From: Trichosphaerium sp. ATCC 40318
Lineage: Eukaryota > Protista > Tubulinea
NCBI GenBank assembly: GCA_038496445.1
Contig: JALMLS010000150.1
Location: 62,001-126,000, forward strand
Length of the DNA: 64,000 nt
Direction: 5' to 3'
Part shown: positions 22,844 through 34,900 of the stretch, one piece after another
Position numbering within the stretch: position 1 is the stretch's first letter
How the letters are laid out: every line of letters starts with the position of its first letter
Made by a program: the position numbers and the translations under genes
Notes under the pieces: generated by a model
Told to the model about the DNA's origin: nothing
Seen by the model: the letters and a program-made list of their open reading frames with translations, nothing else
Databases searched by the model: none

Positions 22844-23072
22844 TATGCTCGTTGTATGGCTTGCTTGACGCCTCATTTAAGTCAGTTAGAGTGACACTTG
22901 TTGTACAGTAGCTAGCAATACGAAAACTGCTACAGCGACAACGCGGTGTTGTGGTTCTTCAAAAAACGTTTAGCGATTTGTTGGCGCTAAAGGCATCCAC
23001 AGGCTTTAAAACCGCCAATGTTTTAACCCTGACATTTGATTGGCCTTGTCAGCTGCCTATTAAAATCAGTCT

Positions 23073-25158
23073 ATGCGTTCTATACGCGCATACACAGCGC
23101 AGAGCGTAAACGCACCGCATGAGCGTGGCTACTGGAGCGATATTAACAATCACACCATTTTTTTCAGTAATTCCCTGGCACCACGGTTAGGCGTTAAAGT
23201 GCTTGCTGATTGGCAATCCGTGACTTCAGAAGATGTTATTGATGTTGGAGGTAAATACGCCCTATCGAAGTTTAACTACTCCATGGTGCGAGCATTGAGC
23301 GCCATATATCCTCAAAACGCGTGGAACGTCCAAGATAGATCGTACGACCATTTTTACATTCAAATGTATTCCAATCATTAAAACCACTCTAGGTGTCTTC
23401 CCATGAACTTTTGGACAAGCATATCGCATCAACGTGCAAGAATAAACGTTATTGGCAAAAAGCTAGACGTCAAACATTTGGACGATTGGTACAAGATTCC
23501 AAACAAAGCTATAGTAGAGTTAGGAGCAGCTACGTTGCTTAAAAAGTAAGCAACACCATGAACCATACATCCTTCTTCATCTAACTACTACCAACAGATA
23601 TGATTGGTCCTTGTGCAATATACTAAAAGCTCTCTTTCCAAAGCATCACTGGAAGGCTTACAAATTCCAGTACGTTCTTGAGAAAAAGTGAAAAAAAACA
23701 AAAAAGAAAAATTCTCACCTTCTTTTTTTTTTTGAACAGCAATATTCCTGTTGGTTTTTGGCAATCTACAAAAAATCAATTGGCTTGTATGGACTATACA
23801 GCAAGTATTCTTTGTGTAAAGACGATAGGTGATTGGCATAAAGTAACATGTGATGATTTAATAACCAATGGAAGTCTTAACGTATTAGCATTGTATGAAC
23901 ATTTTCCGGCTTTGTAGAATCTGATTTTTGCCTCAGCTATGATGGTTCTCTTATTAAGACGTTAAAGACACTATACCCTCAATATGATTGGTCAACTGAG
24001 AAGTTGGTGTACGTTCAACCAAAAATAAAGTTCTTGATAAAATTCATACTTTACGCAGAACACCAAGGAGATATTGGGAAGATATAGACAATCAACGAAA
24101 GAAAATGGATGAGATTTACCTTCACCTTGGTCTAAGGGATCTTGATGGTTGGATAAATGTAACAAAGAGAGATGTATACCGCCTTGGTGGTGCGGGAGTG
24201 TTAGATAAGTACGACTAATAGTCTCACCGCTGATCTCATTTTTCTTGGCTTAAACAACATAGATACAACGATTCATTGCCCAAGGCACTAGCGAGACTAT
24301 ATCCACATCATACATGGGATAGACGTAGTTTTAGGTACAACTCAAGGTGCACTTTAAACTGCTCATTGTATATGCTAGGAATAAACCAACCAAGCCAATG
24401 TTGCTCACCCAGAAATCAATGTTTGCTGGTATGGCAGAGCAACTCGGAGTTAAGACAATTGGGGGTTGGTTAACTGTCCATACAGACGATATTGCGATGA
24501 GTGGCGGTCGTAGTGTATTGAACAAGTATGTAATTATCAGTGACTGCCAACGACGTGCACCTGAAATCGTTTGTACTTTTGTTTTTCATTTTTAAGTAAG
24601 TACTTACTAGGTATGGTTCTTCACTTGCTACTTGCCTAAAAAATATTTACAGTGAGTATCCTTGGGATGAAGAATATGTTGTCGTAGGACAAAGGAGGTA
24701 AGAAATTAGTTTGCGAGAATAAATTGTACTTATTTTTTATTTTAAGGCAAAGACCATCAGGCCATTGGCACAGCCTGAATAACGTATCAACGTTTTTATC
24801 AGGTGTCGAAGAATCTTTTAAAATTAAAACACCAGAGCAATGGTATGTGGGCATTTAAGATACAAAGAGGAAGCTAAAACGAAAAGAATCGACATGCAAA
24901 AATTTTATTTACCCACGTTGTTAGGTATCGTGTTTCAACAAGGCAGTTTGGTGGTATAGGTGGATCAGGTATTCAATTATATTATCCAAAAATTCTTAAT
25001 GTGCTTCACCCCAACGTTGATTGGGATTGGAAGCGTTTTGCAAGCTCAATGAAGAAATCAAACCAGAGGTATAGTTCTTTTTTTTTTCTTAGCCCGCCAG
25101 TGTCTGACATATACAATTTTCTAGAGCTTTGATGGTGTATGCTAAATCCCTATTTTGA
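23073..25158 (+). CDS. Trp-rich tandem-repeat protein (6 repeats), probably mitochondrion-targeted
   Basis: Repeats of P.GFW....NQ...LGVK...DW..V....I...GG..VL.KY..SL..AL..LYP...W. N-terminus MRSIRAYTAQS. Spliced over many introns. Confidence 0.7.
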
Positions 25159-25284
25159 ACAACACATGGTGTTGGTCATTGGTTGTAATTTGTAATGTAA
25201 ACTTGAGATGTAATTGTAGCTTGTTGTGGTAAAATCTTGACTTGCCGTTGACATTTTTTTGGTCGCTGGTTGTTTTGATAAAGC

Positions 25285-26874
25285 ATGTTGTCAGGTGTCA
25301 GGTTATTTACCACTGTAAGATGTACACACATTAGCACAGAGCGTATACGACCTCTTTCACGCGTGTCTGTGCGGTACAAAAAGAATATTGCTCGTAAACC
25401 GACTAAACGTGTCAAACAGCCACAACCGGTACTAAAAGCGCTATTGAATACAAGTTTGACCAGCGTTAAAGGGATCAGTGTACAGTACAGATGAAGTTGT
25501 CAACAACCTGCTTTTTGATAACCAGGTCGCCTTAAGGCACAAACACCTACAATGTAGCCTATTTTCAGCGTTATTGCTTGCCAATGTAAAATTATAGATT
25601 TGAAAACGTCGCCTACTACGCTTGGAAAGGTCGTTAATAAGCTTATCGAGAGTTGGGACGGCTTTAGAGTCTCATTGTTCCTTGCCAACGATTTTACGCT
25701 TGAACACAAAAAACAAGCGCTCATATTTAACACACTGCAACCAGGTATTGTATTAAACGCAAGAGCGTATTACATTCATTCTAAAATATTTGATAGGTTG
25801 GAGAGAAACGCCTTTACAAGATGTCGTTCAAACAACTCTGAAGACTTTAAAATCACCTCGATTAAAGATGGAATTATTATCTTCGCTACCACGTGCGAAA
25901 GAATTCAGTTTTTGGATTGGCATTAGAAAATCAGATTACATTCACAAAGTACGTTGTTTCACTGTAACTGCCACACTAAGTACCTTGTAAATAGATGTAT
26001 GAAGCTGGTAAAACAGCACCAAAGGGGTTCTGGACTGGTAAGGAAATAGCTGATTTACTCGTTGAGTCTCTCAACAAAGAGAGTGATCTCCAGACAAGAA
26101 TACCTGAGATGTTAAAGTATTTACCTTCATACTTTGTAAGTCAAACTTTGTTTTTATTTCACACTGCAACTTACACTCAATGATAATAGTGTAAGCGGCG
26201 AGGAGATGATGAGTTTCTTCATGATTTACTATATGCCATACCTATAGTTTGTCACTTGATGTGCAGTATAAAAGTCTACCACAATGACGTTCTTGGTAAG
26301 TATTATTTTAAATGGATTTCTCAACAACTGTAATCATCTCATCCTTTCATGTTTAGTCGACTGGTACACTAAATACCACAATGCTGTTATTTCTATAATT
26401 AAAGAACATAATATTAAATGGGACAGAGAGAGAGAAATTGGATACTATTCAATTGCAATTGCTGAATTAGCCAGAGTCCGGTAAGCTGGTTTTTTTGAAA
26501 GATTTTTTTCATTTCTTATTCACTGACCTTTATCAAAAGAGATAATCGAATACATGATTCCATGTTCATTGAAGCACTTGTTATTGCATTAACAAGTCAT
26601 TTTAGTGATAAAGAAAACAGAAGGTTGGGTTCTGGTATCTCAAACAAGTTCTCAATATTCAGTACTTATGCAAGGTACAGTTTATCTCGTTAAGATTATT
26701 CTCTGTTATACTCCTTATATTCATACTAGATACACTGGAGGTGATACCAGGTATGGACTACTTATAAAAGTACGTGAGGAGGCAGAACAGAAACAGAAAA
26801 GTCTTTCATTTACGGCAAAGTGGAAAGACCGTTTTTCAAACTTAATGAAAGCTGCAAGCAATAAACTCGAATGA
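25285..26874 (+). CDS. Hypothetical multi-exon protein with mitochondrial-type presequence
   Basis: Arg/Ser-rich N-terminus MLSGVRLFTTVRCTHIS; consecutive same-strand ORFs joined by GT-AG introns. Confidence 0.55.
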
Positions 26875-27070
26875 AACACAAGACAATCGCTTCCATTCAT
26901 CTATTTCAAAGTTAGATTTATCCTTATTAGAGTAACTGTTAACGAAAGTATTAATGGATCTGAAATACTTTGTTTGACTTTTTTTTGCCTTTACGAAAGT
27001 CAATAGCCGTAAAAACTAGGCCGACTTGTTCAAATAACTCAAATATAGACATATAGACGTTGCATCGTCA

Positions 27071-28975
27071 ATGAAACTGGTGTACTTGTGCATTACACTA
27101 ACACTTTTTCTATCCTCCACTATAGCGACACGCTCTTTAATAGGTACGTACTACACTCCGACATTCATTTTTGTTGCATTTGGCGGTATAATCGCTTTAA
27201 CAAACTAATTCCTGCAAGAGCGTTTAAAGCCCAACGTAGCTCTAGAATTCTACTCTAAGGGCACCATCGATACGCGATATGTATACAAGGGTGTAATTAC
27301 ACACTCAGTAAGCCATGGAGGGATTTTTAGTCTAAAAGCGAGGATATCTACCTACGACGGCAAAGAAATCATATACGATAACGTACGCAAAATTTTGATA
27401 ATGTGACATTGATGGTGTGACTTAACGCGAGTAACTTTTTCTTTATAGTATTCAGCGTTTGCGTATGATCCTAAAATTGGCGTTTCAAGCGCCTCTTGCA
27501 TCCCTTCTAGCAGTATACCACCTTTAGAACATGAGCTGCTAGCGTCACTTCAAAATGCTGAGCCACTTCTTCTAGAGGAGGTGCCAACACGTCAAGCCGA
27601 TGCAGTTGGAAGGTACAAACGATAGCAAGTTTAAATCACTGATTTAAAACTAGCATGTGTAACGACGCCACAGTATGGAAAACAAAGTTCTCTGGAGGTA
27701 TATACGTACTGTGCGAGAAAGATGGATACCTGAAAGCGCTAATTGGCGAATTTTTCGTCGCTACGATGAAACCCTCCGCTGATACGGTGGAATATACCAA
27801 GCCAGACTTGGCGTGTAAAAAATCAACGTACCGCGAAGCGTTTCCTGACGAACCTGATCAAGAAAATTGGCTTAAAAGTGAATGGTACGACTTAAAGGCT
27901 CACTTAAAGTTTTTCTGTTTTCGGTTCGACAACGCTTCTCACATCTAAATAAACACGCGCATCTTAGGCACTGGAACTACAAGAAACCTGCGACAAGTGG
28001 TAAAACGTGTATTTTCTTGCATGGAACTGGTGAGAGGAAAGACTTGCCTCCTACAAGCACTTTTGCGGCATACTGGGGTAGTGTACAGTTATATACGCCT
28101 CAATGCGCAAAGAGACTTTTCATGCACGCCGACACTGAATTTCGAGGTACGACGCTTGACACATGCCTGTGGCCTTCAGCTGTACTTAATATTAATTAAA
28201 TAGGATGGAATAATACGAAATTACAGAAGAGGTATTGCAATTTGGCGACTTATGGTCAACCAAAAGGCGATTTTTATAGCAAAGATAAAATTATTTTTAC
28301 TCATTCTATGGGAAACAATATCTTTGCTGGAGCTATTCAAAATAATATATGTGATATTGAAGGAGACTCTACATCATGGTATTCTGTTTCAGGTCCTTAT
28401 CAAGGTTCAAAGGTAGCATCATGGCTTCAATACCAAGGTACTTAAAAAGTGGAATAAAATAAGATTTTTCGGACATTTTGACACCTGTCACAATTTCTAA
28501 TTTTTTTTGTTTTAAAGGATGCCCGTATGGACTTGTACATCTGATCTCTGATTATCTTGGATATTGTTTAAACGATACAGTTGCTCCATGCTATGCTAGT
28601 CTCTTCCCAAATGAAACCAACTGGACTCCATACCAAGATGCAGCGAAACAACGTATATCTGGGTCAATGTGTGGTAAATCGCCTTATGGCCTATACTCAA
28701 AATACAGCGAGGCTCTAGCTACCATCGCTGATTGGTCTATGTTACCTGCACCAAATGATGGACTCGTTGCATTCAAGAGCTGTTACTTGGAAGGTACAAT
28801 TTGGTTTTTTTTTGCTCGTAGCTGATTTTTGGGTTCAGGAACATTTTCAGGTGGTTCTCCACGAGATACATTTTATACTGGTCCCTTAAACCACGCAGAT
28901 ACAACATGTAGAAATGGAAACGGATGGTGGGGAACTATGCGTTTACCTTGTACCTTCTTTACAAACAAGGTGTAA
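27071..28975 (+). CDS. Secreted alpha/beta-hydrolase (lipase-like) protein
   Basis: Signal peptide MKLVYLCIITLTLFL; CIFLHGTG; IIFTHSMGNNIFAGA (nucleophile Ser); NDGLVAFKSC; LNHADTTCRNGNG. Confidence 0.75.
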
Positions 28976-29195
28976 AATTGGTCCAGCAAGAAGCCAAAAA
29001 ACCCAACTAGTGTACTTAACCTTGCTTAACAACTAGCGGAGAAATAAATACGCTATTATACGTTATTGTCCCACAATATCTATTTAATTGCACCTTGCAG
29101 TAATTTTTACCTTTTTGGACGGAGTATTTTATTTCTTTGACGAAAAAAGAACCAAACTTAAACAAGTTTTTATACGTCGTAAGAAAAGCGGATAA

Positions 29196-31549
29196 ATGCA
29201 ATACGTTGTTCTATTTATCATCATAGGCGCTTCTATAGCGCATGCACAGGTTTGTGCAACTTCAAACACAACAACGGATCTATGTGGCTTTCCAAGCAAC
29301 TATACCTTCGTAGTACCACCTGGTCTTACTGTTGGGATACTTGACACCATCTACGAAGGAGAGCGAGGGAGAATTTCAGACCTTTCTCAATTCGTCGACA
29401 AGAAGTACGCTAATGAGTGTTGTTAACGCAACTTTGAAACTTATTCAGTCGTCTAACAATGTAAATAGCTGTGGCAGACTGTTCAAAGAGTTAGTTTGCA
29501 AAGGATTATACAGACAGTGTACAGGTGCGTTTTTTAATACCTAAACTAGACCCTAGAACCTATTTAATACTCAAAATTGTCTTATTTTGGAAGGTCCAAC
29601 TATCTAACACAAATCAACAGGAAATGTTCCTATACCGGTACCTACATGCACGGATACATGCCAAACTGTACGCGCATGCCTTGCAGCTACTGGATTGAGC
29701 GAAGCTCTGCTTCCTAATTGTTCTTCTGTCACTGTTGTAGGGAATTGTACGTTTATTTTTAAGCGCATCTACTTCAATACACGTGTCGTTAATGTGCTGT
29801 TTAGTTTCTATTCCTGATTATGGTCCGCGTCCTACGTGTAATCAAGTTGAAACACCACAATTGCCTTCAGACTGTTTCTTTCCGGCTACTTTTAACTTTG
29901 ATCATGAAGATGGTTACCCAGGCCTTTGTTCCACTGGATGTCCAAGGAGATACTTACCTGACGTGCCACGTCAAATTGAAATAATTGTACGTAACACTTT
30001 ATTCAATACCATTTTTGATTGAGAACTATTGCTTTGAATGACAGTCACGTGACTGTTGAACCTACAAACTCAAGTGAGCTTCTTTGAATACTCAATACTC
30101 AAATCTTTGTTTTAGCTCATGTACATTTTCACGCCTATCTCTATAATACTTGGCATCCTTGGAATTATAGTATCTGTTAGAGTAGCTCTAAAACGTGGAT
30201 TTCCTTTGAATTTACACACATTGGTTATAGTGTACTGAGAGCGAATCTTTACGAACAATTATTTTGTTAACTTTTTTTAAAAGGTACTCGTTTATTGGTG
30301 TACTTGGATACCTACCTAGTGTGTTTGTTGGTCCAGAGAAGTTAATATGTAAAAATTCAGATGAATTGTATAGACCAACAGAAAACTATGTGTGCCTCCT
30401 GCAAGGTAACGTATTGTGGCTTAAACATTAAATAACGACTGATAATAGGATTGCATATAACTCACTTTACACTTCTCACTGATAGCGCTTTTGTATCCTG
30501 GGTTATTGGTATGATATATTTGTTTCTAGGACAGAAACAACCTAATAAATACGTCAAGTAAGTGTACTAAAATACCCCAGTTCCATACTAATCGAAACAC
30601 TCTAGAATTGCGTTTTATGTCTTGCCGTGGATTTTTATGTTAGCATGGGATATTGGATATCTTGCAACTGGGAACTTTGGTGCTAATTTATTAGCATCAA
30701 CACATTGCGCAAGTGAGTACTAGTAATTTCTAGGCTGTTTTGTAATTTAAATACTAACTATTTATTTCAGTGCGTCTCCATACAAGACCCCTTCAAATAG
30801 CGCATGTTTTTCTTCAAACGGTGCTAGCCGCTGGTTGTGTGATTGGATGTGTTGTATTTGGTTTTATTGTGTATAAGGTACTGAGCATCAGCCACACAAA
30901 GCAAGCTTACGTTTGGCTGTAGGAATTTGCAAAACTCGAATCTTTGAGTGGTAATAAGAGACAACGTCGTGCACAGAAGAGATTTGCAAGAAGTCAATCA
31001 GTTTTGATTATATTTATAATCATCTTCATTTACTTTCTTATTGTGCCTCTGTCATTGATATTGAATGGTTTGGTAAGGAGTGAAGATGCAATACAAAATG
31101 ATTTCCTTGGATGGTTTGCTTGTGAAAGAGCTACCCCTGGAGAATGCAGTACGCCAAATCTTCTATAAAAACTGTGAGCCATTAGCTAATGTTGTTCGTA
31201 AACTATAGGGTTCAACCTTCTTGTTCCAGACTGGGTTTCTGTATTGAACAGTATTAATATCAACGCTAGACCAACAATTATCATAATAGCTTCTCTGAGT
31301 GCGTATCAACATACACGTGATAGTTTTCTAATTATTTTTCTATTTAGCTGTTAAACCATTCTATGATGAACTTGTATCATTCTTCGGTGTCGTTGTATCA
31401 TCACTTGCATTAACAACATGTACTTCTATTCTCATTTTATTCTACTTTCTATCGGTTGCTAATTGTTCTTAGTGTCAAAAACCAAAGATTCTGCCGACAC
31501 TACTGAAGGATCACAAGAAACAGAAGATGAAGAAGACAAAACTTATTAG
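29196..31549 (+). CDS. Frizzled/Smoothened-like GPCR (Fsl-type) with N-terminal Cys-rich domain
   Basis: Signal peptide; CRD-like CGRLFKELVCKGLYRQC...PTCTDTCQTVRAC; CSTGCP linker; multiple hydrophobic helices; WFACERATPGEC in last loop; acidic tail. Confidence 0.7.
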
Positions 31550-31915
31550 CTGTAGAATCCGGCATTGGTTTGTAAAATTCAACAAGTTCTTATTCTTTAT
31601 TACTGATTGCTCAACCGTAACATACCAAAAAAAAAAAAAAAAAAAGGCAATAAAGTTTACTTATAGTTTATAAAAGAAATCATGCGTAGTTAGCTATTGT
31701 TGCGTAGTAGTATTCGATTGGGCCTCACTCATTACTGGGCTGTCCAAAATCGTACCTTGTATGTCCGTTTCAGTCAAGTTAGTCAACCAGTTGACGAAAT
31801 AAAATAATCAACTAACTTGATTGAAACGGACGCCTCCTTAATTAGTAACGAACAATGGCTTAAGAGCTTGACATTGAGAAAAAAAACAATCCACAACACG
31901 TCCAAAACGCTTTTC

Positions 31916-34900
31916 ATGGACAAGTTCTCTTGCTTGTGTAAGTTTTCCTGAAATAAATAACCAGTAGACGCTAACCAAAAAACGTATTTAGTTACATTGT
32001 TGGTTACTATACTTTATGTAACACGTGCGGCTACTGTTACTTACATAGGACCTAATACGTTAGTACCTACTCACCATTCTCTTTCTTTTTCATGTACTGA
32101 CTAATATCCTTTGTAGAGGCTCAACCAATAATCTATGGACAAATAAAGGTAATAAAAGCGGGAAAGGACCAAAAGCCGTTGGTTTTTTTTTTGTAAAACT
32201 TTTCCTTCGTTTTTCTGTTCTTCCTCCTTGTCGTTGTTTACCTGAGTTAGATAATTGGAGTAGTGGAGCGTTGCCTACTGCCGAAGATGATGTAATTATT
32301 GCTAAGGCTGGTACATACACAGTTACAGTGGATAAACGCGCAGGTACTTGACAATTTCCTCATTGAGAACTTTCTTTTTCATTATGTTTACTCGCCGACT
32401 TTTCATAACACGTGCTATTCTTTAGATTGTAATTCAATAACTGTTGGTGACGACCAAACCTCTCAAATCGCTTTGAAGTAAGTAGATCTTTTTATGGGTT
32501 TTTTTGGCTTATGTGTTACACAAGCGTTTTGGAGAACTTGGCATTACATGGAAATAACTCTGTTGGTGTTATTAAAGCAGGTAATATCCTAATAAATGTG
32601 AAACCAAAAGGGTTTTTTTCAACTCTCTCTTCATTGTGTTATCTTATGCGCTTTCAGGCGCTACTATATCACTTGGTGGTGGTAATTTCATGCTTTCTGG
32701 ACCAGAACCTGTGTTCACAGTTGAAGGAACCCTAAAATGGTACGATTAGGAAAGTAAGTGGTTGAAACTCACCTCATTTTTGCTTAGGACAAGCAAAAAT
32801 ATTGAATCTGATGATCAAGGCACGCGCTTTCATAAAACACTGTCACCTAACTTACAAATGTTTAGATGGAACCATCATCATTGCTTCAGGAGGTAAACTA
32901 GCTGATATAAGGTACCCAAAAGGCGATTACTTGTAGCGAAAAGTTTTAACAATGAATTCTCAGTTCAAATGGAGCTTGTAACTTGGTATCTACAAATATT
33001 GAAGTTCGCGGTGACGTAAGACATGCCTGAGATATTCTTTTTCCAAGGCTAACGTAAAAATACTCAAGGCGACTTTTGGAAACTCTAACTCACCTATTCT
33101 AAACATGGAATCTTCAAAAGTAACACGTGCGTAGAAAAAAAAACCTAAACCCCAAAAAATCGTAAAATTTTGGGAGCACGTGCTCTTGAAACTAACACTA
33201 TTAATCTCAGTATACGATGCGAGTACTTTCAGTGTACCAGCGAACCCAAATAGTTTGGTTATCATTTCTTCTGCTAATGTGACGGATGGATCTTTGCTTA
33301 ATATAACAGGAGGAACTTTCGAAATTTCATCCACAGTTAAGATTGAAAGCGATCTTTTCGTTGGACCTCAAGGTTTACATTTCTTCTTTTCTTTAACGAA
33401 AACCCGTTAGTCTAACTCCAAGCTTGTACAGGTACCGTTAACGTCAAACAAATGTCCATCGAAACAACATGTCCTCGCAGTCTTGATGAAACTTGTACAA
33501 CATTTGACGGAACTTTAAATATTGCAACAGGCGCAACGTTCCTTGTAACAAGAGGTAAGCTTCAATCTTTTTATAGCCTTTCTAACCTTCAAAAAGGAAT
33601 GCATATGTTTACATCTACTTCCAAAGTTACTGGTACTGGTTTGTTCGCAGTACAAGGTCCAGAGATAGTCCACTTTGCCGGTATGTCTGAAAGTCTGTCA
33701 AAATATTGAGTTTGTTTTGATTTTTCTTCTTGACTAGGATCCTTCGGTGCTGGTTCGAAACTCTTGCTTAAGAACCCTTCAGTATTCTACAATGAAGCAG
33801 ATGGCATTAGCTATGATACTATTGAGATGCATCAAGCAAGTCTTTTCGCTGGAACACACTCTGGTACTAAAAACAAATGATTCATTCATCTTCTCTTCAT
33901 CTTCTCTTCTTCTTCCGCTTGTATACACGTTGCTAATATGATGTTAGCTATCATCAAGACTCTTGATTGGCAAGGTGGTAAAATAGGAATATTAGGGCAG
34001 CTCACACTTGATACCATTCAATTAAATCCAGAAGAAAAAAGTATGCTAAATCAAGATTTTTTATTCTCTTTTTTTTCTTATACTCGAGTAGCGACACCAA
34101 TCTTATGTAATGGTACAACATTCCAAGTCAATGGGAAATGGACTTTCCTAGTACGTTATAAACGTAGTCTACCAAAAGAAAATACCGTGCTAACCGGTTT
34201 TTTTCAAAAAAGAAAGCAGGATTTCCTCTTAACTTTGTTGATGTTGTTATCTCTATTGGTTCAAAAGCTGTAATGACAATAGACCAACCTGATGTCCAGT
34301 TCATACATACTTCTGGAAATAATAAGTTGCTCGTCAGTGCAGGAGGATCACTTAAAGTATCTTCATCTTGTTCATGGGAGAGCTATGAAGTAGTATTTTC
34401 AGGAGCAAATGCAGTTACTATTGAAGCAGGTGGTACAATGTCAATGACTTCAGTAACTATGACGGCAAAAGAGTATGCTCACTTATTGTTCATATTGCAC
34501 TCACGTTTTAATAATGAACTAGGTCTGGCAGTATTCAAAACGACGGTTCGCTGACTTTGTTCAGCTCTGTTGCCAATTTCGGCATCACAACATCTATTGC
34601 TGGAACAGGTAAACAAAAACATTTTGTAGGTCTTTATCGCAATTATGACTTTTTTCCTAGGCCAATACGTCCTCTCTGGTACTACTTTGAATGTTGATAA
34701 TGGTGACATAAGTGTTGGTGGTGCTTTAACTACGGACACGAGTGTTATCATCACAAGAGATTTGTCTTTCCCAAAAGGTAAAAAAAGCCCAAATGATTGT
34801 AAAAAGTTAACAGCTTGTTTTTAAAGGAGCGGATCCTACCGTTAAAATAGCAAGTCTCACTGTCAAGGGTGGTAAATTTCAAGTAATAAATAGAGCTCTT

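Noticed and set aside
31628-31645. Poly-A run after the GPCR gene as a retro-insertion tail
   Set aside because: No TSD or associated element; homopolymer runs are common in this genome.
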